Counted from the first letter of the stretch, positions 19,413 to 32,272 are shown. The stretch: 52,848 bases of DNA from Thioalkalivibrio sp. (GCA_041685565.1 JAWLFM010000003.1:1-52848), one strand, 5' to 3'. The notes: generated by a model not told the origin, from the sequence alone. Program-made: numbers and translations.

Positions 19413-22400
19413 TCAGGCCGGCTGGGACCTGATCAGTTCCACCCGCGAGCGGACATAGAGGTAGTACAGCACCGGGATGATCACCAGGGTCAGCATGGTG
19501 GAGATCAGGATGCCGAAGATCAGCGAGACCGCCAGGCCGCTGAAGATCGGGTCATCGATGATGAAACCGGCGCCGACCATCGCCGCAAGACCCGTCAGCA
19601 CGATGGGCTTTGCGCGCACGGCGCCGGCATTCACCACCGCCTCGGCCACCTCGACCCCCCGGCGGATCTCGAAGTTGATGAAGTCCACCAGCAGGATCGA
19701 GTTGCGCACGATGATGCCCGCCAGCGCGATCATGCCGATCATCGAGGTCGCGGTGAACTTCGCATCCATGAAGAAGGTGTCCATCAGTGCATGCCCCGGC
19801 ATCACGCCGATCACCGTCAAGGGGATCGGCGCCATGATGATCAGCGGGACCATGTACGAACGGAACTGCACCACCACCAACAGGTAGATCAGCAGCAGGC
19901 CGACGGAGTAGGCGATCCCCATGTCGCGGAAGGTCTCGTAGGTGACCTGCCATTCCCCGTCCCACTTCAGGCTGAACTTGTACGGATTGTCGGGTTGATC
20001 GATGAACAGCTGTGTCAGCGGCTCGCCGAAGGCCATCGGCATGTCGCGCAACTTCAGGAACAGTTCGAACATGCCGTACAACGGACTGTCCACACCGCCG
20101 GACTGGTCGGCGATCACATAGACCACCGGCAGCAGGTTCTTGTGGTGGATCGAATGCTCGCGCGAGGTGTCGACCGCGTTCACGACCTCGGAGATCGGCA
20201 CCAGTGCGCCGTTCTGTCCCCGCACATGCAGGCCCATGATCGCGTCGAGACTGGCGAGATCGGCCTCCTCGAACTGCAGGCGCACCGGCACCGCGTACTT
20301 CACGTTGGTGCCGTAGAGGAAGGTCACGTCCTCCCCGGAAAGGGCCGTCGCCACGGCGCTGACCACCGCCTGTTGGGAGACCCCCAGGCGCGCAGCGCGC
20401 TCACGATCGACCTGCAGGACGTACTTGGGCCCCGGGTACTCGACGGAATCATCGAGGTCGGTGATGTGGCGGGTGTTCTCGAAGACGTCGTGCACCTTCT
20501 TCGCGATCTCGATCTGGCCCGCGTAGTCCGGACCGTAGATCTCGGCCACGATCGGGGACATCACCGGCGGCCCCGGCGGCACCTCCACCACCTTGACCCG
20601 CGCACCGTGACGCTCGGCGATGGCGTTGATCTCCGGTCGGGCCGCCAGCGCAATATCATGGCTCTTGCGCTCGCGATCGGCCGCCGCGGTCAGATTCACC
20701 TGGATGTCACCGAGATTGGAGCCCTCACGCAGGTAATACTGGCGCACCAGGCCATTGAAGTTGATCGGCGCCGCAGTACCCGCGTAGATCTGCAGATCGA
20801 CCACCTCGGGGATGCCCTTGATGTAGTCGCCCATCTCGGTGAGCACCTGCTTGGTATGCTCCAGGCTGCTTCCCTCGGGCATATCCAGCACCACCTGGAA
20901 CTCGCCCTTGTCGTCGAACGGCAACATCTTCAGCACCACGACCTGGAAGTACACCAGCGACACCGACGCGAGAATCAGCACCAGCGTCCCGACGAACATC
21001 AGCAGGCGGGCCAGCCTGGCCTTGGCGGTGGTGCCCAGGAAGGGCCGCAGGATGACGTTGAAGATCCGCATCAACTGCCTCGATGCGGTCTCGGCACTGT
21101 GTTCCTCGTTCCCGGCCAGGATCGCCTGCTCGTGGCGCTCGGCATGGCGCCGCAGCACCTTGTAGGTCAGCCAGGGCGTGACCACGAAGGCGACCGCGAG
21201 GGAGATGATCATCCCCAGGCTGGCGTTGATCGGGATCGGGCTCATGTAGGGCCCCATCAGACCGGTGACGAAGGCCATCGGCAGCAGGGCCGCGATCACC
21301 GTGAAGGTGGCCAGGATGGTGGGCCCCCCGACCTCGTCAACCGCCTCCGGGATGGCCTCCAGGAACTTCTTGCGACCCATGCTCATGTGCCGATGGATGT
21401 TCTCCACCACCACGATGGCGTCATCGACCAGGATCCCGATGGAAAAGATCAGCGCGAACAGCGAGACCCGGTTGAGGGTGAAGCCCCAGGCCCAGGAGGC
21501 GAACAGGGTGATGGCCAGGGTGATCACCACGGCCGTGCCCACGATGAAGGCCTCGCGCCAGCCCAGAGCGATCCAGACCAGGATCACCACGGAACTCGTG
21601 GCAAAGATCAACTTCGTGATCAGCGTCTTGGCCTTGTAATCCGCAGTGGCGCCGTAATTGCGGGTGATGTTCGCCTCGACGCCCTCGGGGATGTAGGTCC
21701 CACGGAGCTGTTCCAGCCGCGTTTCCAGGGCGTTGGCGATGTCCACCGCGTTCGTGCCCGGCTGCTTGGCGATCGCGACGGTGACCGCCGGATGCATCAC
21801 GCCATAGTGTGCATCCTCGTCAGCCGCGGCCCCGAATCCGAAGCTTACCCGCTTGGTGGCATAGGCCGGACCCCGCACGACCTCGGCGACGTCGGAGAGG
21901 TAGACCGGCCGGCCGTCGCTCATCCCAACCACGAGCGCGGCGAAGTCCTGCGGTCGCGTGATGAAATCACCCGCCTGCACCAGAATCTCGGCGTTGTCCT
22001 GATACAGGACCCCGGCATCACGGCTGAAGTTGCTCGCCCTCAGGGCATTGCGCAGATCCTCCACCGAGAGGTTGTGACCGGCCAGTGCCTCGGGACGGAA
22101 ACGCACGTGCACGACGTGATCGGGGCCACCGACCGTGTAGATGTCCCGGGTTCCAGGGACGCGCTTGAGCTCGGACTCGATCGCATGGGCCACCGCAGCC
22201 AGGTCATGACCGCCCCGGGTCTCGTCCTCGGTCCAGAGCGTCACGGTCACGATGGGCACATCGTCAATGCCCATGGGCTTGATCAGCGGCTCGCCCACCC
22301 CGAGGTTCTCCGGCAGCCAGTCCTGGTTCGAGAAGACCTGGGTGTACAGCCGCACGAGCGCATCGGTACGGTTCTCGCCGACCTTGAACTGGACCGTGAT

Positions 22401-22730
22401 CTTGGCCATGTTCGGCTGCGAGGTGGAATAGATGTCGTCGATCCCCTCGATCTCGGAGAGCACCTGCTCGGCGGGGGTTGCCACCAGTTGCGATACCTCC
22501 TCGGCGGTCGCGCCATGGAAGGGGATGAAGACATCGGCGATGGTGACATTGATCTGCGGCTCTTCCTCGCGGGGCGTGACCATGATCGCGAACGCGCCCA
22601 GCAGCAGGCCCAACAGCGCCAGCAGCGGGGTGATCTGAGTGGTCAGGAATTTCTGCGCGATGCGGCCCGAGATGCCCATCGGCTGATCCGCCTGCGGCTG
22701 ACCGTCCTGGGACCTTGCCTCCTCGCTCAT
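19413..22730 (-). CDS. RND efflux transporter permease
   Basis: 1105 aa; PREEEPQI, GILVDDAIVVVENI (TM4), RNSILLVDF, RAKPIVLT. Confidence 0.95.
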   Translation of the reverse strand: MSEEARSQDGQPQADQPMGISGRIAQKFLTTQITPLLALLGLLLGAFAIMVTPREEEPQINVTIADVFIPFHGATAEEVSQLVATPAEQVLSEIEGIDDIYSTSQPNMAKITVQFKVGENRTDALVRLYTQVFSNQDWLPENLGVGEPLIKPMGIDDVPIVTVTLWTEDETRGGHDLAAVAHAIESELKRVPGTRDIYTVGGPDHVVHVRFRPEALAGHNLSVEDLRNALRASNFSRDAGVLYQDNAEILVQAGDFITRPQDFAALVVGMSDGRPVYLSDVAEVVRGPAYATKRVSFGFGAAADEDAHYGVMHPAVTVAIAKQPGTNAVDIANALETRLEQLRGTYIPEGVEANITRNYGATADYKAKTLITKLIFATSSVVILVWIALGWREAFIVGTAVVITLAITLFASWAWGFTLNRVSLFALIFSIGILVDDAIVVVENIHRHMSMGRKKFLEAIPEAVDEVGGPTILATFTVIAALLPMAFVTGLMGPYMSPIPINASLGMIISLAVAFVVTPWLTYKVLRRHAERHEQAILAGNEEHSAETASRQLMRIFNVILRPFLGTTAKARLARLLMFVGTLVLILASVSLVYFQVVVLKMLPFDDKGEFQVVLDMPEGSSLEHTKQVLTEMGDYIKGIPEVVDLQIYAGTAAPINFNGLVRQYYLREGSNLGDIQVNLTAAADRERKSHDIALAARPEINAIAERHGARVKVVEVPPGPPVMSPIVAEIYGPDYAGQIEIAKKVHDVFENTRHITDLDDSVEYPGPKYVLQVDRERAARLGVSQQAVVSAVATALSGEDVTFLYGTNVKYAVPVRLQFEEADLASLDAIMGLHVRGQNGALVPISEVVNAVDTSREHSIHHKNLLPVVYVIADQSGGVDSPLYGMFELFLKLRDMPMAFGEPLTQLFIDQPDNPYKFSLKWDGEWQVTYETFRDMGIAYSVGLLLIYLLVVVQFRSYMVPLIIMAPIPLTVIGVMPGHALMDTFFMDAKFTATSMIGMIALAGIIVRNSILLVDFINFEIRRGVEVAEAVVNAGAVRAKPIVLTGLAAMVGAGFIIDDPIFSGLAVSLIFGILISTMLTLVIIPVLYYLYVRSRVELIRSQPA

Positions 22731-23782
22731 CGGGACACCTGCTGGCTTTCCTTCAGGAAGATCCCGGCATGCACCGGATCCAGGGCGACCTGCTCACCCT
22801 CGCGCAGCCCGGCCAGCACCTCGAAACCCTCGGGCAGTTCCCGGCCGACCCGGATCTGGCGGAAGGCGATATGCCCGTCGGGTTCGATGACGTAGACCGC
22901 AACGACCTCGCTGCGGAAGACCACCGCCTCGGACGGCACCACCAGACGCTGGTCTTCGCCCAGCTTGATCGCCGTCTTCACGAACATGCCCGGAAACAGT
23001 CCCGCATCCTCAGGGAGTTCCGGCAGGTTCACGCGTACGCGGAAGGTGTTCGAGGCGGGATCGGCATAGGGGAAGATCGTCAGGCTCTCTGCGCGAACCC
23101 TTGGGCCCGACTCCAGATAGACGTATGCCTCCCGGTGCTGGCGCAGGCTGCCGATCAACTGCTGCGGCACGCTGATCTCGACCCGCAGCCGTTCCAGACT
23201 GATCCCCGTGACCAGCGGCGAGCCGGGGCTCACGGCCTCGCCGACCTCGACGTGGCGCTCCGTCACGATGCCGGGATAGGGGGCGACGACGGTGGCGTAA
23301 TCAAGCTGCTCCTGGGCCTCCGCGAGGGCGGCCCGGGCCGACTCCAGCCGGGCCTGTGCCGAATCCCGCGCGGCCCGCGCACGGTCGAATTCCGCCTCGG
23401 ACACCAGACGTTCCTCGAAGATGCTCTCGATGCGCTCGAAGTCTGAACGGGCCTCCGCAGCGCGCGCCCGGGCCTCCCGCAGGTTTGCCTCGGCCGAACG
23501 CACCCGGGCCTGCTGTTCCGTGTCGCTCAGGCGCAGCACCACATCGCCCTGCTCGACGAAGTCGTCGACATCGTAGAAGACCTCCAGCACCCGCCCCGAA
23601 GTCTGGGCGGAGATCGTCGACTCCTGCACCGCCTCGACGCTACCGTCCACGATCCGTTCCTGCATCAGCGTCTGCCGCTCGACCGTCGTCGTCAGAAACG
23701 GCAGGTCAGCCGCCGTGACCGCGGACGTGGCCAGCAGCAACGCCATCGCAGCGGTGGCGCCCTTCATCCATTCAAGCTTCAT
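22727..23782 (-). CDS. RND periplasmic adaptor (membrane fusion protein)
   Basis: Signal peptide, lipoyl half motifs (SGRVLEV...GD; APYPGIV), alpha-hairpin, GL.EGE; ATGA overlap with RND gene; start uncertain. Confidence 0.92.
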   Translation of the reverse strand: MKLEWMKGATAAMALLLATSAVTAADLPFLTTTVERQTLMQERIVDGSVEAVQESTISAQTSGRVLEVFYDVDDFVEQGDVVLRLSDTEQQARVRSAEANLREARARAAEARSDFERIESIFEERLVSEAEFDRARAARDSAQARLESARAALAEAQEQLDYATVVAPYPGIVTERHVEVGEAVSPGSPLVTGISLERLRVEISVPQQLIGSLRQHREAYVYLESGPRVRAESLTIFPYADPASNTFRVRVNLPELPEDAGLFPGMFVKTAIKLGEDQRLVVPSEAVVFRSEVVAVYVIEPDGHIAFRQIRVGRELPEGFEVLAGLREGEQVALDPVHAGIFLKESQQVSR

Positions 23783-23824
23783 GATCCCGTCCCCAATGTG
23801 CATGTGCAGACCCGCGCGGGCCAT

Positions 23825-23846
23825 TATATTAGATCTAGCTAATATA
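23825..23846. promoter_or_regulatory. Palindromic operator TATATTAG-N6-CTAATATA
   Basis: Perfect 8-6-8 inverted repeat in an AT-rich patch ~40 bp upstream of the MFP start. Confidence 0.65.
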
Positions 23847-24112
23847 TAGGAATCTGTCCCCGCCAATGGCTTTCCCCTGAACGAATTAGTGTAGTGCAAC
23901 TTGGTCGGCCGCGTGACGCTGCCGGGAAGCACGGATCGATGCCCTGCTGCAGGGCAGGGACGCAGGGAAGGTCCGGGCTCGCGGATGGCCGGCCCGTCGA
24001 AGCCTCCGGGCGTACGCGGGGATCACGAACGGCATCGCCCGGTTCGGTGTTTCCCTGGCGGGCTCGCCAAGCTGATAATATTGCCTCGCCAGACCCTATT
24101 GGATGCCGGACC

Positions 24113-24454
24113 ATGCCCCTGCTCAGCATCGAGACCAATACCACCCTGCCCGCCAACAGCGGCCGCCTCACGGCCGAGCTGTCCGCGGCCGTCGCCGAAT
24201 GGCTTGGCAAACCGGAGGGCTACGTGATGGTGCGCCTTCAGCACAACCCGGCGATGCGCTTTGCCGGCACCACCGACCCTCTCGCCTACTGCGAACTGAA
24301 GAGCATCGGGCTGCCCGAGTCCCGGACCGGCGACCTGTCGCGAGACCTCTGCGCCCAGCTGCAACAATTGCTGAGCATCCCGCCCGAGCGCGTCTACATC
24401 GAGTTCAGCGACGCCCCGCGGCGGTTCTGGGGCTGGAACGGCGCCACCTTCTGA
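24113..24454 (+). CDS. MIF family (phenylpyruvate) tautomerase
   Basis: Met-Pro N-terminus, GKPEGYVMV, LKSIG, RVYIEF, C-terminal WGWNGATF; 113 aa. Confidence 0.9.
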   Translation: MPLLSIETNTTLPANSGRLTAELSAAVAEWLGKPEGYVMVRLQHNPAMRFAGTTDPLAYCELKSIGLPESRTGDLSRDLCAQLQQLLSIPPERVYIEFSDAPRRFWGWNGATF

Positions 24455-24516
24455 AGCACGACCCGCCCTCGTGACGGCGGGCCGCATCCCAGCGATTCAT
24501 CCAGGAACGGAACCCC

Positions 24517-26235
24517 ATGCGCGTCTCGCAGTTTCCCCTGAACACCCTGAAGGAGACCCCGGCCGAGGCCGAGGTCATCAGCCACCAGTTGCTGCTGCGG
24601 GCGGGTTACATCCGCCGCCTGGCATCGGGCCTCTATACCTGGCTGCCGCTGGGCCTGCGCGTGCTGCGCCGGGTCGAGGGCATCGTGCGCGAGGAGATGG
24701 ACCGGGCCGGGGCGCTGGAACTGCTGATGCCCGCGGTGCAGCCGGCGGAGCTGTGGCAGGAATCCGGGCGCTGGGAACAGTACGGCGCGGAACTCCTGCG
24801 CCTGCGCGACCGCCACCAGCGCGATTTCTGCTTCGGACCCACGCACGAGGAGGTGATCACCGATCTCGTCCGGCGCGAGATTCGCAGCTACAAGCAGTTG
24901 CCGGTGAACTACTACCAGATCCAGACCAAGTTCCGCGACGAGCGCCGGCCCCGCTTTGGCATCATGCGGGCGCGGGAATTCCTGATGAAGGATGCCTACT
25001 CCTTCCACCTGGAGCCGGAAAGCCTGCAGGCCACGTACGAGGCCATGCACGCCGCCTACACCCGGATCTTCCACCGCTGCGGCCTGGAGTTCCGGGCGGT
25101 GGAGGCGGATACCGGCAGCATCGGCGGCAGCGCCTCGCACGAGTTCCACGTGCTGGCCGATTCCGGCGAGGACAGCATCGCCTTCTCGGCCGGAGGCTAT
25201 GCGGCGAACGTGGAACTTGCACCGGCCCCGAAGCCCGCGCCGGCACCGCCGCCGACCGAGGCAATGGCGCGGGTGTCGACCCCCGGCGTCCACAGCATCG
25301 AGGAACTCGCGTCCTTCCTCGGCATCACCGCGTCGCGGACCGTGAAGACGCTGGTGCTGGCGGCCAGCGCCGAGACCGACGCCACGTTGGTCGCCGTTCT
25401 GCTGCGGGGGGATCACGAACTGAATGCCGTGAAGGCCGAGAAGCATCCCTGGATTGCCGCGCCCCTGCGCATGGCGGGAGATGCGGAGATCCGCGCCGCG
25501 ATCGGCGCCGGCACCGGCTCCCTCGGGCCGCTGGGCTGCCCGCTGCCACTGATCGCCGACCAGGCGGTCGCCGAACTGGCGGACTTCGCCGTCGGGGCGA
25601 ACGAGGACGGGTTCCATGTGACCGGAGTCAACTGGAACCGTGACCTGCCACTGCCCGAGACCGCGGACCTGCGCAACATCACCGCCGGCGAGCAGGCCCC
25701 CGACGGCTCCGGCCCGATCGAGATCCGCCGCGGCATCGAGGTCGGCCACATCTTCCAGCTCGGCGAGAAATACAGCCGCGCCCTGAACGCCAACGTGCTG
25801 GACGAGGCCGGGCGTGAACGGGTCCTGACCATGGGCTGTTACGGCATCGGTGTATCCCGGGTCGTGGCCGCAGCGATCGAGCAGAATCACGACGACCGCG
25901 GGATCCGCTGGCCCGCTGCGCTGGCACCGTTCGATATTGCGCTATGCCCGATCGGGGCAAAGAAGTCGCAGCGCGTGCGCGAGGCCGTGGCCGCACTGCA
26001 CGACGAGCTCCAGGCTGCCGGCTTCGCCGTACTGCTGGACGACCGCGACATCCGGCCCGGGGTCATGTTCGCGGACATGGAGCTCATCGGTCTGCCGCAC
26101 CGGCTCGTACTGGGCGAGCGGACGCTGGACGAGGGGCTGATCGAATACCAGGGTCGTCGCGACCCCGATGCCCGGAAGATCGACAGGGCCGGCCTGATCG
26201 AATTCCTGCGCGAGCGCTCCACCGCTATCGTGTAG
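24517..26235 (+). CDS. proS: Proline-tRNA ligase
   Basis: [28 protein letters not shown], editing insertion, [21 protein letters not shown]. Confidence 0.98.
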   Translation: MRVSQFPLNTLKETPAEAEVISHQLLLRAGYIRRLASGLYTWLPLGLRVLRRVEGIVREEMDRAGALELLMPAVQPAELWQESGRWEQYGAELLRLRDRHQRDFCFGPTHEEVITDLVRREIRSYKQLPVNYYQIQTKFRDERRPRFGIMRAREFLMKDAYSFHLEPESLQATYEAMHAAYTRIFHRCGLEFRAVEADTGSIGGSASHEFHVLADSGEDSIAFSAGGYAANVELAPAPKPAPAPPPTEAMARVSTPGVHSIEELASFLGITASRTVKTLVLAASAETDATLVAVLLRGDHELNAVKAEKHPWIAAPLRMAGDAEIRAAIGAGTGSLGPLGCPLPLIADQAVAELADFAVGANEDGFHVTGVNWNRDLPLPETADLRNITAGEQAPDGSGPIEIRRGIEVGHIFQLGEKYSRALNANVLDEAGRERVLTMGCYGIGVSRVVAAAIEQNHDDRGIRWPAALAPFDIALCPIGAKKSQRVREAVAALHDELQAAGFAVLLDDRDIRPGVMFADMELIGLPHRLVLGERTLDEGLIEYQGRRDPDARKIDRAGLIEFLRERSTAIV

Positions 26236-26518
26236 AGAACTCGCGCGGCAACGGGTCCGGGAGTGGTTCCGGCTCGCAGTCCACGGCCGTGACCCGGGCC
26301 TGGGGCGGACCAGCCCCGAGCCAGGCACGCAATTCGGACAGCGCACCGAGCGACCCGACGGCCAGCACCTCCACACTGCCGTCGGGCAGATTGCGGGCAT
26401 GGCCGACGATGCCCAGCGCGCGGGCCTTGCGCTCGGTCGAGGCCCGGAAGAAGACGCCCTGCACCCGTCCGGTTACCCGGCAGCGCAGTGCCTCGCTACC
26501 ATTGGCGTTGCTGTTCAT
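26225..26518 (-). CDS. acyP: Acylphosphatase
   Basis: GRVQGVFFR (catalytic Arg) and [13 protein letters not shown] (catalytic Asn); GGAGGTG RBS. Confidence 0.92.
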   Translation of the reverse strand: MNSNANGSEALRCRVTGRVQGVFFRASTERKARALGIVGHARNLPDGSVEVLAVGSLGALSELRAWLGAGPPQARVTAVDCEPEPLPDPLPREFSTR

Positions 26519-26538
26519 GTTCACCTCCGGAGGCGACG

Positions 26539-27856
<1,318 letters not shown>

Positions 27857-27857
27857 C

Positions 27858-28583
27858 TCATTCCCTGCCCGGCGGTGGGCGCCGCAGCTGCTCCCGGATG
27901 AAGGGGATGGTGAGGCGGCGCTGCTCCGCCAGTGCCGCCAGATCCAGCCGATCCAGAAGGCTGAGCAGAACCTCCAGGTCGCGGCACTCATGGCGCAGGA
28001 GATAGTCGGCCACGGGGCCGCTCAATTCCAACCCGCGCAACGCACCGCGCTTCTGCAGGATGGCCTTGAGCTCCAGATCCCCCGGCTGATCCAGCCGGAA
28101 CACCGGCCCCCACCCGAGGCGGGAGGTCAGGTCCGGAAGGCGGCAGCCGATCGCCTCCGGAGCCGCGCGCGCCGCGAGCAGCAACTGCCCCCCTCGCTCC
28201 CGCACCTGGTTGATCAGCCCAAACAGCGCCCGCTCCCATTCCGGCCGGCCCGTCACGGCATGAAGGTCATCGAGGACCAGCAGTTGCAGTCCCGCCATCC
28301 CTTCCAGCACCACGCCGGGATTCAGGGCGTGCAGTTCCTGCAGGGGCAGATAGGCGCAGGACCGTCGCTGCGCGAAGGCCTCGTGGCAGGCCGCCTGGAG
28401 CAGGTGGGTCTTGCCCGATCCCGCGCCCCCGTGCAGGAAGACCTGCCGCTCGGTCACGCCGCCTTCGCCGGCCGCCATCGCCTCCAGGGTAGCCGCGGCC
28501 AGGGCGTTGCCGTCAGCGTGAAAGGTCTCGAAGCGCGAGTGGTCGCGCAGACGCAGGTCAAGCGGCAATTGTCTAGCCGGCAT
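27858..28583 (-). CDS. hda: DnaA regulatory inactivator Hda
   Basis: QLPL clamp-binding motif, GSGKTHLL, LDDL, PDLTSRL. Confidence 0.94.
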   Translation of the reverse strand: MPARQLPLDLRLRDHSRFETFHADGNALAAATLEAMAAGEGGVTERQVFLHGGAGSGKTHLLQAACHEAFAQRRSCAYLPLQELHALNPGVVLEGMAGLQLLVLDDLHAVTGRPEWERALFGLINQVRERGGQLLLAARAAPEAIGCRLPDLTSRLGWGPVFRLDQPGDLELKAILQKRGALRGLELSGPVADYLLRHECRDLEVLLSLLDRLDLAALAEQRRLTIPFIREQLRRPPPGRE

Positions 28584-28691
28584 CGGGGGATTGCCATCTC
28601 GAGGCTGGGCAGCCGCACGGGGCACAGGGCGGGTCCGGGTCCCGGCCCCAGGCGACGGCACGGTGACCGTCATGCGGCAGGCGATGCGGCG

Positions 28692-29276
28692 TCATGCCCG
28701 GGGCGAGGCCTCGGGGACCGAGCGGGTGTGATGGAAGTGCCGCCAGGCCCGACGGCCCCAGACCAGGGTGTAGACCACCCCGCTGGTGACGGTCGTAAAG
28801 CTCACGATCACGATCAGCAACTGCACCCAGACCGGATCCAGATTCAGGATCCCCACCTTGAGGATCGCGGCCAGCACCAGGAGGATCTGGAAGAAGGTGT
28901 TGATCTTGCTGATCACCAGCGCCTCGACCTGAAGGGGACCAACCCAGCGCCGGTAGGCCAGGGACCCCAGCGAGAGCCAGGCGTCGCGTCCGACCACCAG
29001 CACCAGCAGCCAGATCGGCAGCAGGCCACCCAGGGTGACGGCCAGGTAGATGCCCAGCATCAGGACCTTGTCCGCCGCCGGATCCAGCCAGGCGCCCAGT
29101 TCCGTCGCCCAGCCGTAGCGTCGGACCAGGAACCCGTCCAGCACATCGCTCAGGCCGGCGATCGTCAGGAGCACCAGCCCGGCCCAATAATCGCCCCGGT
29201 ACAGCAACCAGATGATCGGAATGGTCATCAGGAGACGCGACAGCGTGATCAGATTCGGCAGTTGACGGAGGTTCAT
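28692..29276 (-). CDS. CDP-alcohol phosphatidyltransferase family protein
   Basis: LPNLITLSR, SDVLDGFLVRR...GAWLDPAADK. Confidence 0.92.
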   Translation of the reverse strand: MNLRQLPNLITLSRLLMTIPIIWLLYRGDYWAGLVLLTIAGLSDVLDGFLVRRYGWATELGAWLDPAADKVLMLGIYLAVTLGGLLPIWLLVLVVGRDAWLSLGSLAYRRWVGPLQVEALVISKINTFFQILLVLAAILKVGILNLDPVWVQLLIVIVSFTTVTSGVVYTLVWGRRAWRHFHHTRSVPEASPRA

Positions 29277-29282
29277 GGCAAC

Positions 29283-30329
29283 TCAGCGAGAGGCGCGGAG
29301 GAACCACAGGTCGGCGTCCATGCCGACATCCCGCGGCGCAGCGGCGGCCTGGAAGCCCTCGGCCGCCAGCACCTCGGCCAGCGCCGCCGTGTCCAGGCCC
29401 GTGCGGAGCTCGAGGACCGCAACCCCGGGAAGAAGCCGGTTCAGTTGCGTGCCCTGAACGGCCTCCATGGCGACCAGACGGGCGCGCAGTGACCGCAGGT
29501 CCGTCATGTCATCGACCCCGGAAAACCCGACCAGGGCCGACTCCTGCTCAGCGAGGACGCGGGCAGTGCGCGCGCCGAGGGCGTCCATGGCCTCGGTAAC
29601 CGCCTCGCGCACGGCCATGACCGTCGTGGCCGCGGACGCTTCAGCCTGCAGTTGATGGTTCCGATAGATCACCCAGACGCGCGCGCGCTGGTGCTCGCCG
29701 CGTTTAAAGACATGCACCAGCAGCAGGCCGTCGGCATCGTAACGGCGACTGGGCTCGAGCAATGCCTCGACGGCGCCGCCAATCACGTCTGCGCTGTGGA
29801 CCTGCCGGCGGTCCTCCAGATCGCCCAGCGGAATGAGCAGCGGCAGCTCGCGGCGGGCCGACCATTCCCGCAGCTCCGCCAGCACGGAGTCCTCGTCCAT
29901 TCCCGAGCCCAGCAGCAGCCTGCGCTCGCCCCGCTCGAGGACCGCCCACACCACAAGGGCCGGACGTGAACCCACCCACACGGGTACCTCCGCCTCCTGC
30001 AGGGCGGCGCGCAACCGGGCCCGATCGAAGACGAGGAGGAAGCGCCCCTCCCCCCGCTGTTCGCGGGATCGCAACCAGGGACGCTCATCGGCCTCCAGCA
30101 AGTCAGGGACCAGCGCATCCACCTCGGGGGAATGAAGGCCCGCCAGTCGCACGAGCACCTCCTCGAGGCCGGAAGCCAGGGCCTCCTCCTCGTTTTCGGC
30201 CTCACCCATCCACTCGATGAGTGCGGCGCTGGCCGGAGCCAGCGGCGACAGCAGAAACAGCAGGCCCGCGATGGCAAGGAAGCGCCGCCAGAGACCGAAA
30301 CCCGGGGTTGTGTTGTCAAGCAATGCCAC
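29283..30329 (-). CDS. DUF2066 domain exported protein
   Basis: Signal peptide, VLVRLAG, PVW..RP, PLGDLED; divergent from purM as usual for this family; start uncertain. Confidence 0.78.
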   Translation of the reverse strand: MALLDNTTPGFGLWRRFLAIAGLLFLLSPLAPASAALIEWMGEAENEEEALASGLEEVLVRLAGLHSPEVDALVPDLLEADERPWLRSREQRGEGRFLLVFDRARLRAALQEAEVPVWVGSRPALVVWAVLERGERRLLLGSGMDEDSVLAELREWSARRELPLLIPLGDLEDRRQVHSADVIGGAVEALLEPSRRYDADGLLLVHVFKRGEHQRARVWVIYRNHQLQAEASAATTVMAVREAVTEAMDALGARTARVLAEQESALVGFSGVDDMTDLRSLRARLVAMEAVQGTQLNRLLPGVAVLELRTGLDTAALAEVLAAEGFQAAAAPRDVGMDADLWFLRASR

Positions 30330-30476
30330 GCACCTCTCCAGAGCACGACCCACAATGGTGAACAGGCCGCAACATACCACAGGCTGCGGCGTTTTCCGGA
30401 GTCCCTCTTCCGGAATGCCTTTTGCAAGCGTTACCTGCCGTCGTTACCATTCACTCCCCCGTCCGAGAGAGCCTCC

Positions 30477-31532
30477 ATGCCTGAATCGACCCCCGGTTTG
30501 ACCTATCGCGACGCTGGTGTCGACATCACGGCAGGCAGCACGCTCGTCGAACGCATCAAACCCTACGCAGCCCGCACGCGCCGACCCGGGGTATTGGCCG
30601 GGCTGGGCGGCTTCGGAGCCCTGTTCGAACTCCCGATCGAGCGCTTCCGCAGACCGGTCCTGGTCTCCGGCACCGACGGCGTCGGCACCAAGCTGCGCGT
30701 CGCCCAGGAACTCGGGCGGCACGACACCATCGGGATCGATCTGGTCGCGATGTGCGTGAACGACATCATCGTGCAGGCGGCCGAGCCGTTGTTCTTCCTC
30801 GATTACTACGCAACCGGAAGTCTCGACGTCGACGTGGCCGCAGACGTGGTCAAGGGCATCGCCGAGGGCTGCGCACAGGCGGGCTGTGCCCTGGTAGGCG
30901 GCGAGACCGCGGAGATGCCGGGCATGTACCAGGGCGGCGACTACGATCTGGCGGGATTTGCGGTCGGCATCGTGGAACGGGACGAAATCCTCGACGGGAC
31001 TGCGGTGCAGGCCGGTGACGTGCTGCTGGGCCTTGCTTCCAGCGGCCCACATTCGAACGGCTATTCCCTGATCCGTCGCGTGCTGGAACTCAGTGCGGCC
31101 GATCTCCGGCAGCCGCTCGAAGGCACCGGGGGGGTCTCGCTGGGCGACGCCCTGCTCGCGCCGACCACGATCTACGTACGCGCCCTGCTCGCGTTGCTGA
31201 AGACACAGCCGGTGCACGCCCTGGCCCATATCACCGGGGGGGGCCTCACCGAGAACCTGCCGCGTGTATTGCCGGAGGGCCTGGACGCAACGATCAGCCT
31301 CTCCTCCTGGCCACGGCCGCCGGTCTTCGACTGGCTGCAGAGCACGGGCGGGATCGCGGAAGCGGAGATGCTGCGCACCTTCAACTGCGGCATCGGGATG
31401 GTGGCGATCCTGCCTGAAGGGAGCGTGGACGCGGCCACCTCGGAACTGGCCGCTGCGGGGCTCCCGGCCTGGCCGATCGGGATGGTCGTCAATGGATCGG
31501 GGACACCCACCATCCACTACGAATCGACATGA
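30477..31532 (+). CDS. purM: Phosphoribosylformylglycinamidine cyclo-ligase
   Basis: [43 protein letters not shown]. Confidence 0.98.
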   Translation: MPESTPGLTYRDAGVDITAGSTLVERIKPYAARTRRPGVLAGLGGFGALFELPIERFRRPVLVSGTDGVGTKLRVAQELGRHDTIGIDLVAMCVNDIIVQAAEPLFFLDYYATGSLDVDVAADVVKGIAEGCAQAGCALVGGETAEMPGMYQGGDYDLAGFAVGIVERDEILDGTAVQAGDVLLGLASSGPHSNGYSLIRRVLELSAADLRQPLEGTGGVSLGDALLAPTTIYVRALLALLKTQPVHALAHITGGGLTENLPRVLPEGLDATISLSSWPRPPVFDWLQSTGGIAEAEMLRTFNCGIGMVAILPEGSVDAATSELAAAGLPAWPIGMVVNGSGTPTIHYEST

Positions 31533-32272
31533 AGGCCGGGCACGGCGCTCCGGTGAGCCCCGATTCCAGGCGGCACGCCGTTTCGTCCGACGCCGGGGGC
31601 AAGCGCCTGGTCGTGCTCATCTCCGGGCGCGGGAGCAACCTGAATGCGTTGATCGGGGCCTGTAGCGACGGCCGGATCCCCGGTCGGGTCGTGCGCGTAA
31701 TCAGCAACCGGCCGCAGGCACGGGGCCTGGATTTCGCCCGGCAGTCTCGGATTCCCTACGCAGTGCTGGATCACCGCGAGTACCCGGACCGGGAAGGCTT
31801 CGACCAGGCACTGGCAGCGGTCATCGAGGCATCGGCACCCGACCTGATCGTGCTCGCGGGGTTCATGCGGGTCCTCTCCGACGCGTTCGTCGCACGTTTT
31901 GCGGGTCGGATGGTCAATATTCATCCATCGCTGCTGCCGGATTTCCGCGGGCTGGACACCCACGCCCGTGCCCTGGCCGCGGGGGTCGAGGTCCATGGAG
32001 CCAGCGTCCATTTCGTGACCGCGGAACTGGACGGGGGGCCGGTACTGATGCAGGCCCGGGTTCCGGTGCATCCGGACGACGATCCCGAGACGCTCGCGGC
32101 CCGCGTGCAAACGGCCGAGCACCGGCTGTACCCCACCGCGGTCGCCTTGATCTGTTCAGGGCGGGTTCAGGCCGTCGGAGACAAGGTCTATTGCGATGGC
32201 CGGCCGCTCGAACGGCCTCTGCTGCTGGATGACACCCTGGAGGGCATGACGCCATGCGTTGGCCAAGACTGA
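31529..32272 (+). CDS. purN: Phosphoribosylglycinamide formyltransferase
   Basis: [26 protein letters not shown]. Confidence 0.96.
   Translation: MKAGHGAPVSPDSRRHAVSSDAGGKRLVVLISGRGSNLNALIGACSDGRIPGRVVRVISNRPQARGLDFARQSRIPYAVLDHREYPDREGFDQALAAVIEASAPDLIVLAGFMRVLSDAFVARFAGRMVNIHPSLLPDFRGLDTHARALAAGVEVHGASVHFVTAELDGGPVLMQARVPVHPDDDPETLAARVQTAEHRLYPTAVALICSGRVQAVGDKVYCDGRPLERPLLLDDTLEGMTPCVGQD

Noticed and set aside
19791-22895. 1034-aa ORF on + strand, and similar long antisense ORFs (24394-25890, 27729-29492, 32904-34367, 41177-43051)
   Set aside because: Shadow frames opposite well-supported genes; expected from high GC3 codon bias; no recognisable motifs.
30422-30437. PurR-box-like TTGCAAGCGTTACCTG upstream of purM
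   Set aside because: Several mismatches to ACGCAAACGTTTTCNT and no evidence that this organism has PurR.
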